Source: a virus
Taxonomy: Duplodnaviria > Caudoviricetes
Direction: 5' to 3' (one strand)
DNA length: 64,000 bases
Virus record (IMG/VR): IMGVR_UViG_3300044728_000202
Coordinates: 1,515-65,514 of that record
Below the pieces are notes generated by a model. That model was not told the origin of the DNA. It saw only the letters and a program-made list of their open reading frames with translations, and searched no databases. A program made the position numbers and the translations under genes. Below, piece after piece: positions 36,420 to 44,670 of this stretch (its first letter is position 1; each line of letters starts with the position of its first letter).

Positions 36420-36836
36420 TTAGATCACCGTTGCCTGCAGCTTGCTCGGGTTGATGACGCATTCGTCGGACGGCGCCAGCGTCTTCGACACATCGAGCGC
36501 GCCGTAGATGTACATCTGCCCGCCGACCAGCGCGTTCCACAGCGCGAAGTGGGTGATGACCAGCGGCACCGGACCGTCCATGATGCCGTATTCCATGCGC
36601 TGCGCGTTGGCGGTCAGCTTGCCGGACGACGGCGTGAACGCCGTGTCGATCAGCCCGCCGAACGACGGATCGACGCGCTTGTAGGCGGGCCACGCCGACA
36701 GCGACACCTCGTTGGCGCCGGTGACGGTCGGGTCGGCGGTGTGCAGCGACACCCACAACCTGACTGGTGGCACCGGCACGACACCGCGCAGGTAGCAGTT
36801 GAGGATCGAATCGCCGATCAGGACTGAAGCTGGCAT
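36420..36836 (-). CDS. tail-associated hypothetical protein
   Basis: LWVSLHTADPT..GANEVS...YKRV. Confidence 0.65.
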   Translation of the reverse strand: MPASVLIGDSILNCYLRGVVPVPPVRLWVSLHTADPTVTGANEVSLSAWPAYKRVDPSFGGLIDTAFTPSSGKLTANAQRMEYGIMDGPVPLVITHFALWNALVGGQMYIYGALDVSKTLAPSDECVINPSKLQATVI

Positions 36837-37459
36837 CAGAAAAACGCTCCCTTGGTGCGCAGCCGTGCGCCGGGCTGGCCTTTGGTGTGCTCGACCTTCA
36901 GCGATGCGAGCTTGGATCGGAACTCGGAGATTAGCGCGGCACCGAGGTTCGGGTTGGCGAAGGAGGCGGTCGGCAGCATCAGCATCATGCCGGCCGCGCC
37001 ACGGCCGACGGTGGTGGCGTGCAGGCCGACCAGGACGTCAGGCAGCGTCTGCGCGTTCAGCGACGGCTGCAGCACCAAGCGGATCTGGGCAGTGCCCTTT
37101 TCGCGCGGCCAGAACGACATCAGCCGCGGGTTGGTCTGGGTGATGAAACGCGCCGACCCGGGCGCGGCTTCGCGGTCCCAACCGGGGTGGCTCTCGTCGA
37201 GCCAGCCGACGGTGACCGCCTGCAGATCGTGGTTGTTGAGGCGTGCCGCCTGGATCTCGACAATCTCGGCGTCGGGCACGGTGATGATCGGCTGCGCTTC
37301 GGGAACCACCACCTGAACGTCGTGCCAGACGCGCCACAGCCGCGCCGAATGGCAGAGCTCGCGGCACGCCTCGATGATGTAGCGCAGCGCGATCGGCTCC
37401 GGCGCGCTCGGCGCGAAGGGCAGGATCTGCGGCAGGAGCTCGTCGATCGCGCGCGTCAT
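36836..37459 (-). CDS. head-tail adaptor / tail tubular protein
   Basis: LLPQILPFAPSAPEPIAL...ACRELC...W; position. Confidence 0.7.
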   Translation of the reverse strand: MTRAIDELLPQILPFAPSAPEPIALRYIIEACRELCHSARLWRVWHDVQVVVPEAQPIITVPDAEIVEIQAARLNNHDLQAVTVGWLDESHPGWDREAAPGSARFITQTNPRLMSFWPREKGTAQIRLVLQPSLNAQTLPDVLVGLHATTVGRGAAGMMLMLPTASFANPNLGAALISEFRSKLASLKVEHTKGQPGARLRTKGAFF

Positions 37460-38229
37460 CAGCGTTTCGCATTCGGGCTATGCGCCTGCTCGACCTGCAC
37501 TTTCATGCCGATCGCAGTCGCGAACTGTTGGTAGTGGACAGCGGCGCGGCCGGAGGCGCCGTCGATGTCGTCCTTCATCTGGCAGCGGTACAGGACGTAG
37601 TCGAGGATCGGCACCGAGTACGGCTCTGGCAGGCCGATCTGTTGATTGAACGACTGCGGCTGCGTCAGCTTGTAGCCCTGCGGATTGGGCACCGGCAGGA
37701 TCGCCTTGATCGGCTGCGGCAGGACGCCGGCTTCCACTTCGACATAGCCGGTGCCGTCATTGCCCGGGTAGACGAAGAACTCCAACGGCACCGTCTCGTT
37801 GAAGGTGAAGTTACGGACCTCGCGCTTCTGTTGGAGGATCGCCTTGTTGTGCCAGTTGGGGTCCTGCGCATCGAGCAGGGCGCGGTCGACGGCCTTGATC
37901 ATGCGGCCGCCGGCGGTCGTCGTGACGACGCCGTTGCTGTCCAGCGCGACGGTGACGTTGCGCAGCACGTTGAGCAGCGTCAGCGGGTAGGCGCCGCCGG
38001 TGAAGGTGCCGGTCGACGCCGGGTTCAGGCCGTAAGGGTTGAGGGTCTGGCGGGTGCCGGCCGCCAGTTTGACGATCAGCGTCTTCGAACTGGCCGATGG
38101 CTTGGCCAGAACGATGGCGCGGGTCGCCTCGTTGATCCACTCGCATAGCTCAGCGCACGGCCACCGAACGAAGTCGGTGTCATTGAGCAGCACCGCTGCC
38201 CGGGTCATAATCTCCGTGCCGGTTGGCAT
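37459..38229 (-). CDS. DUF6682-like head-tail adaptor
   Basis: LLNDTDFVRWPCAELCEWINEA...KPSA...ILDYVLYR. Confidence 0.75.
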   Translation of the reverse strand: MPTGTEIMTRAAVLLNDTDFVRWPCAELCEWINEATRAIVLAKPSASSKTLIVKLAAGTRQTLNPYGLNPASTGTFTGGAYPLTLLNVLRNVTVALDSNGVVTTTAGGRMIKAVDRALLDAQDPNWHNKAILQQKREVRNFTFNETVPLEFFVYPGNDGTGYVEVEAGVLPQPIKAILPVPNPQGYKLTQPQSFNQQIGLPEPYSVPILDYVLYRCQMKDDIDGASGRAAVHYQQFATAIGMKVQVEQAHSPNAKR

Positions 38230-38232
38230 TCA

Positions 38233-38946
38233 TCACCTTGCGAGCTTTTTGGCCTGTCCAAGCCAGTCGTCGCGGGCTGAGCGGCCGCCCAGTCCGAGTT
38301 CCTCATCGAGTGCGGCGAGCTCCTTCTTGTTGAGCTTGGCTAGCGCGCGAACGTCGCCGATGCCGGCCTTCTGCAACCGCGTCTCGAGCGCCGGCCCGAC
38401 GCCGATAATGTCGGTCAACGGAATGTCGTTCTCGTCATCGCCGCCCAGCTGCTCGAGATCGGCCAGCGGCGCCTCGGTGAAGCTGAAGTCGAGCGACCGC
38501 GATTCGCCGCCGTCGGGGCCGCGCAACAGCACCGGATAAGACCCGGCGACACTCGCCGTCGACGGCTTGACGATCGTGGTGACCTCGCTCGAGGAGACGA
38601 ACGTCGTCGGCTCCTCGCCGCCGTTGAAGACGATCAGCGTTTCGGCCGTAAAGCCGTTGCCGTAGCAATGCAGCGTGACGTCCTCGCTGCCGATCTCGGC
38701 GGTGTCGGGCGACAGGACATCGAGCGAGAGCCCAGTCGGTGGCGGGTTGCCGCCACCCGGCACCCATGGGTCGGTATTGTCCTTGTTGACCGCCCGGTAG
38801 TGGTCAACGACGGCCAGGAACACCTTGACGTGCTTGTCGATCCAGACCTCGGCGACATAGCGCCCGAACTGGTCCGGCAGGAATTCATAGATGACCCCGC
38901 CGACCTCCTCGGTGACCGGACCGTAGGTGCATTCAATCGTTGCCAT
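38233..38946 (-). CDS. Ig-like (IPT/TIG) + helix-hairpin-helix protein
   Basis: LSPDTAEIGSEDVTLHCYGNGF; PLTDIIGVGPALETRLQKAGI. Confidence 0.7.
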   Translation of the reverse strand: MATIECTYGPVTEEVGGVIYEFLPDQFGRYVAEVWIDKHVKVFLAVVDHYRAVNKDNTDPWVPGGGNPPPTGLSLDVLSPDTAEIGSEDVTLHCYGNGFTAETLIVFNGGEEPTTFVSSSEVTTIVKPSTASVAGSYPVLLRGPDGGESRSLDFSFTEAPLADLEQLGGDDENDIPLTDIIGVGPALETRLQKAGIGDVRALAKLNKKELAALDEELGLGGRSARDDWLGQAKKLAR

Positions 38947-38949
38947 CGC

Positions 38950-39093
38950 TCAACCCTTCCGCTTTCCACGGCTCTTCAGCGGCGGCCGCACCGGCGGCGG
39001 CGCTTTGACTGCCTTGCCCACCTTTACCGTGCCGCCGGTGTCTGAGCGATAGGCTGCCCCCCTCGACATCCACGGCGTCGATTTCTTGGCCAT
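38950..39093 (-). CDS. small basic protein, 47 aa (not in ORF track)
   Basis: MAKKSTPWMSRGAAYRSDTGGTVKVGKAVKAPPPVRPPLKSRGKRKG. Confidence 0.6.
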   Translation of the reverse strand: MAKKSTPWMSRGAAYRSDTGGTVKVGKAVKAPPPVRPPLKSRGKRKG

Positions 39094-39098
39094 CGGTC

Positions 39099-40388
39099 TC
39101 ACCACCTCTTCTTGAACACGCTGTCGACGTCGACCTTCTTCTTCAGCCGGTCGCCTTTCGGCGCCACGGCAACCGCCTTGACGGAGGCGACGGGTTGACG
39201 GACCACCCTGCCGGCCTTGGCCGTGCTCTGGTTGGCGGGGGCACGGCTGGCCTGGTCGGCCCTCGCCGAACGCTGCCTGGCGGCCGCCATCGCCGCGTCG
39301 AGTTTCTGTTGCTGGGTGAACTTGTTGGGCGCCACCGTGGCGCTGCTGACCGACTTGACCGTCGGCGGCGTCAGCGGAAGCTTGCCTTGCGGCACGCCCG
39401 GAGCGTTGCCGACATTGGCGGGCCGACCCGCCTGCTTGACGCTGGCGTGGGTGATCTGCGGGCCGCGCGGCGACGGCGACTTGGTCACCAGATCCATGCG
39501 CTTGCGCGTGTCCATGACGTCGGCAGCGGTGCGCGCCGGGTCGGCGGCATATTGCGGCTTCGGCGGGAACAGCACCTTGTCACGGACCGACGTCAGCAGA
39601 CTGGAGACCGGCTTGCGCGGTGTCGTTCCGGTGCTGCCGACATTGTCCGGCCGCTTGGCCATCGGCGTCGGCCGGTTGCCGACATTGTCAGGCGGCCGGT
39701 TGACCGGGCGCAGCGTCGGATGCTGGCCGGCTGCAACCTTGGCCTTGGCCTTCTCGAGATAGCCGCGCGCCGCGGGCGACAGGCCGGGGTCGGGCTTGGC
39801 GAAAGCAGTCGGCTTGGGTGGCGTGTTGCGGTCCATCTGCCGCTTCGCGGAGATGTCCTTGACGTTCTGCCGGGCCTTGTCCATCGCCGTTTTGGTCGCC
39901 GCCTTGCGCTCGTCGGGCGTGCGCTGCTCGGTCGGTCCGAAATAGACCGGCTTCTGAGCTCGCGGCGCCGGCGTGTTGCCGACATTGTCGGGCCGGTTCG
40001 ACGACGGCGGATACGGCTTGCGGGTCGGGGTCGGCACGTCGGAGGAGACGGAAGCGTTGGGGCCGCGCGGCGCGCTCTTGGGCAGCGGCACGCCCTTGTC
40101 CGGCAGCCCGGAGGCGGCCGAGCGCGGTGCGGGCTTTGGCAGGACCGTGGTCTTCTTGGCCAGCGTGGTCGGCGCCGATCCGCCCTTCGGCTTGACGGCG
40201 GCCATCGTCGACTTGGCCGTGCCACCGCTGGCCAGCTTGGTGCTGTAGCTCTTGCCGCCGAAGGTGAAATTCTTGGCGCCCTTGGCCTTCTGGCGCGCGA
40301 ACTCCTTGTCGAACGCCTTGCCGCCCTTCGAACGACCTTTCTTGCGCGATGCGGCCAACTCTGCCTCCGTGCCTATGAACAGGCCCAC
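39099..40388 (-). CDS. Lys/Arg/Pro-rich low-complexity protein with RPDNVG repeats
   Basis: Four RP(P)(D/A)NVG repeats; N-terminal AFDKEFARQKAKGAKNFTFGGKSYST. Confidence 0.75.
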   Translation of the reverse strand: MGLFIGTEAELAASRKKGRSKGGKAFDKEFARQKAKGAKNFTFGGKSYSTKLASGGTAKSTMAAVKPKGGSAPTTLAKKTTVLPKPAPRSAASGLPDKGVPLPKSAPRGPNASVSSDVPTPTRKPYPPSSNRPDNVGNTPAPRAQKPVYFGPTEQRTPDERKAATKTAMDKARQNVKDISAKRQMDRNTPPKPTAFAKPDPGLSPAARGYLEKAKAKVAAGQHPTLRPVNRPPDNVGNRPTPMAKRPDNVGSTGTTPRKPVSSLLTSVRDKVLFPPKPQYAADPARTAADVMDTRKRMDLVTKSPSPRGPQITHASVKQAGRPANVGNAPGVPQGKLPLTPPTVKSVSSATVAPNKFTQQQKLDAAMAAARQRSARADQASRAPANQSTAKAGRVVRQPVASVKAVAVAPKGDRLKKKVDVDSVFKKRW

Positions 40389-40390
40389 GT

Positions 40391-40690
40391 TCAGTCCTTC
40401 TCGTTAAACCACTTCAGGCCTTTTTGCCCGCCGCGAACGTCGACACTGCCCTTCTTCTTGCCTTGCAGCACGTCGAGACCGCGCATGATCGACTCGGTCC
40501 CTGCCTCGCTCTTCTCGATGATATTCAGATCGTGGCGCCGATCGAAAGACCGATCCATGCTGCCGGTCAGGAACTTGCGAGTGTCCTTGGCAACCGGATG
40601 GTCCTTACCGAAACGCGCTTCGAGCTCCTCGGTGCTCTTGAGAAGCTCACGCTCCGGTTTCGGTGCGGGGCGCCCAATGCCGGTCGGCAT
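40391..40690 (-). CDS. small charged hypothetical protein
   Basis: Ends KGLKWFNEKD. Confidence 0.7.
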   Translation of the reverse strand: MPTGIGRPAPKPERELLKSTEELEARFGKDHPVAKDTRKFLTGSMDRSFDRRHDLNIIEKSEAGTESIMRGLDVLQGKKKGSVDVRGGQKGLKWFNEKD

Positions 40691-40693
40691 GGC

Positions 40694-41326
40694 TCAGTCG
40701 TCGCCTCCCCTGAACCACTTCAGCCCCTTGGTATTGTGGACGCTGTTGCGCTTCTTGGCGGTCGCCACGGTTTCGCCGCGACGGTAGGCGGTCGAGTTGA
40801 CGCGGCCCTCTTCCTTGGCCAGGCGACGCGCCGCCCGATCGCGCGCATTGTCGCCGCCGCCGCGCTGTGACGACATGCGGCGGTTCTCTTCCGCGTAAAG
40901 CTGGTCGAAGCGGGCGTCGCGGCCGTTGCCGCCGCCGCCCGAACTGGCGACCGGAGCTCGCACCGTCGTGGTCTTGGTGACCGACGGTCCGCGTGGCTTG
41001 CTGGTCTTGGGGCCCTTCGGCGTCGACGGCTTCACCGGATCGGCCAGGCCCTCGACCGTGCGGATCGGCTGGCCGCCGACGGTCTCGCCCTTGAGCTCGT
41101 CCCAGACCTCGCCAAGGAAGCTGCGCTTGCCGGTCTTGTAGTCGTCGGCGCGGCGGCTGTCGGGCTTGTACTTGAATTTCTTGTTGGTGCCGTAGAGATC
41201 GACGTCCGGCTTCGGATCCTTGATCTCATCACCCGTCAGGGTGTGGGTCTTCAACCAATTGTAGCCCTTGCCGATGCCGGTGCCGACATCGCCGAGCGTC
41301 CAGGGTTTGATTTCTTTCGGGGCCAA
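40694..41326 (-). CDS. basic hypothetical protein (TTG start)
   Basis: GAGGAG RBS 9 nt before TTG; ends KGLKWFRGGDD. Confidence 0.7.
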   Translation of the reverse strand: MAPKEIKPWTLGDVGTGIGKGYNWLKTHTLTGDEIKDPKPDVDLYGTNKKFKYKPDSRRADDYKTGKRSFLGEVWDELKGETVGGQPIRTVEGLADPVKPSTPKGPKTSKPRGPSVTKTTTVRAPVASSGGGGNGRDARFDQLYAEENRRMSSQRGGGDNARDRAARRLAKEEGRVNSTAYRRGETVATAKKRNSVHNTKGLKWFRGGDD

Positions 41327-41335
41327 GACCTTAAA

Positions 41336-41401
41336 CTCCTCTTCAAACGATGCCGGCGGCCATCGGAGCCTGAAGAGGAGGCCGGTCCCGAGGGCCGCCG
41401 G
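41336..41401 (-). promoter_or_regulatory. RBS-sequestering pseudoknot or switch
   Basis: 10-bp stem 41336-41345/41371-41380 crosses 9-bp stem 41353-41361/41393-41401. Confidence 0.5.
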
Positions 41402-41437
41402 TTATAGCCTGAGTACCTTGCCCGGTTTGCGCCGAAC

Positions 41438-41923
41438 TCAGGCAACCATCCAGACGCCCAGCGTGACGGATTGAATCGTCGCGGCCGAGATGGCGCCTGC
41501 AGTGACAATGGCGAGCTCCCGCTCATAGCCGACCGGATTGATCGCAAAGCCGGTCGTCGCGCTCATGCGCGTAGCGGAGGCCGCTGCGACGGACGCAGCC
41601 GCGAACAGTTCGGAGCCGACGGTGCGTGCCGCGAGATCGGCGGCGCTATTCGAACCGGGAGGCGCCGCAGGCGTGCGGGTGTCGGCGACGACGCCCGCGT
41701 TGACCGTGACACCGGCTCCGACAGCGCTGCTTTCCAGCACGGCGTCGACGATGCGGCAGCCGGGCGGAAGAACGCCGATGCCGATGGTCGTGCCGATCGC
41801 CGTGTTGGCGGGGATGTTGGCGGTGAAACGGTTGTAGATGACGTCACCGGCAGACTGCGGATAGGCGACCGCCTGCGTGCCCGCGACCGCGGGACCCCTG
41901 ACGTATGCTCCAGCGATAGCCAT
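41438..41923 (-). CDS. capsid decoration/cement protein
   Basis: Directly after capsid gene; IGVLPPGCRIVDAVL motif; AAGGAG RBS. Confidence 0.7.
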   Translation of the reverse strand: MAIAGAYVRGPAVAGTQAVAYPQSAGDVIYNRFTANIPANTAIGTTIGIGVLPPGCRIVDAVLESSAVGAGVTVNAGVVADTRTPAAPPGSNSAADLAARTVGSELFAAASVAAASATRMSATTGFAINPVGYERELAIVTAGAISAATIQSVTLGVWMVA

Positions 41924-41933
41924 AGATTTCTCC

Positions 41934-43034
41934 TTACGGGTTCGGGTCCTTGGCGGCGGTGTCGATCGACAGGATGCCGAAATCCTTGCCGTTGAAGCGG
42001 GTCTTCTTGACACCCATGATGACGCCGGCCGCGACCTTCGGCTCGTTGCCGTGGTCGGACATCTCTTCGGTCCAGGTGAACCGCAGCCCACCCGCCGAAC
42101 CATATGCGCAGACGCCTGCCTGGCGGCCCATGAACAGGGCGCGGGCGGCGAGCACGTTGGAGCCTGCGCCGTAGTCGTTGAAGCGGATGACGCTCTCGTG
42201 GCTGTGCAGGACGACGTTGTCGATCATTCCGAGGCCGCCCTTGAAGATCGGGTTGTTGCGGCCTTCCGCCTGCGCGGCTGCCTTCTGGATGTCGAGCCAG
42301 CCACCGGCGTCCGAAATGCGGAGGTCGTGTTCCTGGAACGGCGACATGACGAGCACGTAGTGCTGCTCGCCGTCAATCGAGATCGCGATCATATTGGCCG
42401 TGGTCGGATCCATCGCCCTCATCATCGTCGCCTTGACGGCGGCGCGCTCGACGACGGCGCGGGTCATGGTGTCGCCAACGACCAGCGTGTTCTTGGCGTT
42501 GCCGGTGCCGCCGTAGAGGATGTGGCCGGCGTCGGGAGCATCGATGGTGTTGCCGGCAAAGCCGGTCCAAGTGATGTCCTCGACGTAGTCCTGGTTGATG
42601 CCGCGAGCTCCGCTCAGATAGATGAAATTCAGCTGGTCGATGTACTGCGACCAATAATCCGAAAGGCGGTCGCGCGCGATCGAGCGGATGTTGTGTAGAG
42701 TGCGCTTGCGGCTCATCTTGCCGCCAGCGGAGACACCATGCCGCATTTGATCGATGTAGACCTGGTCGGTGAAGAACCGGAGATTCTCCTCCTTGCCCTC
42801 CAGTCGGTTGTCGCCCGTGGTCGGCTTATTGCGGAGTTGCACCGACAGATCGAAGCTGATGGTGTCGCCGGCGTCCGATTCAAGGTCCGTGAGACGCTGG
42901 ATCACTCCGTTGTCGGACTCCGATACGAACTTGCGATCGAAGTAGCCCTTCGACAGGATGTCGAGGAAAAGCTGACCTGACCAGCGCTTGACGGCCTTGG
43001 GATCGCCGAACGGGATTGTGGTGGGACCAGCCAT
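41934..43034 (-). CDS. major capsid protein, N4-gp56 (DUF4043) family
   Basis: FGDPKAVKRWS, DLESDAGDTISFDL, LEGKEENLRF, ARALFMGRQA, GVKKTRFNGKDFG; GGAGG RBS. Confidence 0.93.
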   Translation of the reverse strand: MAGPTTIPFGDPKAVKRWSGQLFLDILSKGYFDRKFVSESDNGVIQRLTDLESDAGDTISFDLSVQLRNKPTTGDNRLEGKEENLRFFTDQVYIDQMRHGVSAGGKMSRKRTLHNIRSIARDRLSDYWSQYIDQLNFIYLSGARGINQDYVEDITWTGFAGNTIDAPDAGHILYGGTGNAKNTLVVGDTMTRAVVERAAVKATMMRAMDPTTANMIAISIDGEQHYVLVMSPFQEHDLRISDAGGWLDIQKAAAQAEGRNNPIFKGGLGMIDNVVLHSHESVIRFNDYGAGSNVLAARALFMGRQAGVCAYGSAGGLRFTWTEEMSDHGNEPKVAAGVIMGVKKTRFNGKDFGILSIDTAAKDPNP

Positions 43035-43058
43035 GACGTGCAACCTCCAGGTGGGTCA

Positions 43059-43071
43059 GCACGTCCTGCGC
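43059..43071 (-). promoter_or_regulatory. conserved late-leader box (CsrA-type hairpin), copy 3
   Basis: Minus strand GCGCAGGACGTGC; preceded by TTGCCG-17-TATTTC (43109-43081). Confidence 0.65.
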
Positions 43072-43122
43072 TTTTGCGAAGAAATACTTCGAAACGATCG
43101 CGACGGCAAGCGCCGCCGCGAA

Positions 43123-43479
43123 TCAGACGGTGACGGAGTTGTCGAGCACCGTCAGGAACAGCCGATCGGCGCTCTGCGGCACCGGCCACATCGACGTGCC
43201 GGATCGGAATTTGACGTAGCTGACGGCGATGGCCGACTCGCCACTCAGCGACACCGCGCGGCCGAGGCCGTCGCAGACCAGCGCGATCTCCTTGCCGTCC
43301 GAATGGAACAGACTGTCGAAGTGGATGCCGTCGACCGACACCATGAAGGTCAACGGAGCGGTGTCCCAGGCGGTCGGCATGACGATGCGGACCGGCCGCC
43401 CGGCGGTGAAATTAGCGATCTCTGAAAGCGATTCGCCCGCCCGGATGATCGGACCGTCGATGATGACCAGCTGTGCCAT
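43123..43479 (-). CDS. hypothetical head-region protein
   Basis: IRAGESLSE...VRIVMPTAW..APLTFMVSVDG. Confidence 0.7.
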   Translation of the reverse strand: MAQLVIIDGPIIRAGESLSEIANFTAGRPVRIVMPTAWDTAPLTFMVSVDGIHFDSLFHSDGKEIALVCDGLGRAVSLSGESAIAVSYVKFRSGTSMWPVPQSADRLFLTVLDNSVTV

Positions 43480-43488
43480 GCGAGCCTC

Positions 43489-43704
43489 CTAAGCCACTGA
43501 GCGGAAGTCCTCGAGCACGCGCTTGGGCACGCCGGTGATGCCGTGCGTGTAGCGTGCCGGAACGATGCCGTGAGCGAGCATGCGCAGCGGCAGGTCGGTG
43601 AAGAACGCCAGCTTCACCATCGAACCGGATTTCTGCTCGACACGCACCGCAGCGACGTCGCCGATTTCCATGCCCTCGCCGACGCGCAGCGTTTTAGAAA
43701 ACAT
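43489..43704 (-). CDS. csrA: CsrA/RsmA-like RNA-binding protein (divergent)
   Basis: MFSKTLRVGEGMEIGDVAAVRVEQKSGSMV vs E. coli [30 protein letters not shown]: 13/30 identical by manual alignment; C-terminal HREE absent. Confidence 0.7.
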   Translation of the reverse strand: MFSKTLRVGEGMEIGDVAAVRVEQKSGSMVKLAFFTDLPLRMLAHGIVPARYTHGITGVPKRVLEDFRSVA

Positions 43705-43706
43705 TG

Positions 43707-44657
43707 CTAGCCTCCTTGCAGGTAGAATTCGCGGTCGGCCGGCGACAGCCGCGCCAACGCCTTCTCGAAATCGACGCCCTTGAGCTTGTCGAGACGCGCG
43801 AACTTGTTGGGCGCCACCACCTGTTGGGCGTCGGCGGCCGGGATGTCGTTGAGGCTGGGCGGCATCTCGCGATGCTTGCCGTTGCCGTTGAGCTTCTTCT
43901 TGGCCTTCGGCGGCTTGGCCGGCGTCAGTTCGCCGAGCTCGGCGACGATCTTCTTGTGCGCCGCGTCGAGGATCTTCGGGTCGGTCGGGTTGGTGCTGGC
44001 GGCCTGCAGCTTGCGCACCGTCACGTCGAGCAATTCGTGCCGCATCGAGCCGTCCTTGTATTCGGGGTGCGAGATCAGGAACAGCGGGATGGTGGTGTTG
44101 AACCAGGTGTTGATCGTCGTCTCGGAGGACATGCGCGCGACGGCGCGCTTCTCCTTGAGCATGTCGAGCTCGGCGGCAAGCGCCTTCGACTGATCGCGCA
44201 TCTCCTTGGCGGTGATCTCGCCGTCGTCGAACTTGGTGGCGATCTCGTCGAGGGCCGTGTCGATCGCAGCGAAGCGCGCCTCTTCCTCCTTGGTCAACTT
44301 CAAGGCCGGTGGCGGCGACGGCCGCAGGTCGGCGTCCTCGTCCTCCTCTTCCGGCTCGGGTTCCGGCTCCGGGTCGTCCTCGGCACCGGCGTCGTCGCCG
44401 GCGTCAGGCTCGTCGTTGTCGTCCTCCTCCGGCTCGGGTTCCGGCTCCGGCTCGGGCTCTTCGTCTTCCTCCGGCTCCGGCTCGGGTTCCGGCTCCGGCT
44501 TGAGCTCGGCTTCCGGCTCGCCGGCGGCCGCCGCGGCGATCTGCGCGTCCTCGGCCGCCATCTCTGCTTCGAGCTCGGCCTGGTATTCCTTCAGGCCAAT
44601 GCGCTCCTCGTCGGTGAGCATCGCGAGCTCATCGTCGGATATCTTCAGTCCTGCCAT
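43707..44657 (-). CDS. capsid scaffolding protein
   Basis: Acidic, (EP)n repeats, coiled coil; between portal and capsid. Confidence 0.75.
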   Translation of the reverse strand: MAGLKISDDELAMLTDEERIGLKEYQAELEAEMAAEDAQIAAAAAGEPEAELKPEPEPEPEPEEDEEPEPEPEPEPEEDDNDEPDAGDDAGAEDDPEPEPEPEEEDEDADLRPSPPPALKLTKEEEARFAAIDTALDEIATKFDDGEITAKEMRDQSKALAAELDMLKEKRAVARMSSETTINTWFNTTIPLFLISHPEYKDGSMRHELLDVTVRKLQAASTNPTDPKILDAAHKKIVAELGELTPAKPPKAKKKLNGNGKHREMPPSLNDIPAADAQQVVAPNKFARLDKLKGVDFEKALARLSPADREFYLQGG

Positions 44658-44670
44658 TGTCGTGTCCTCT

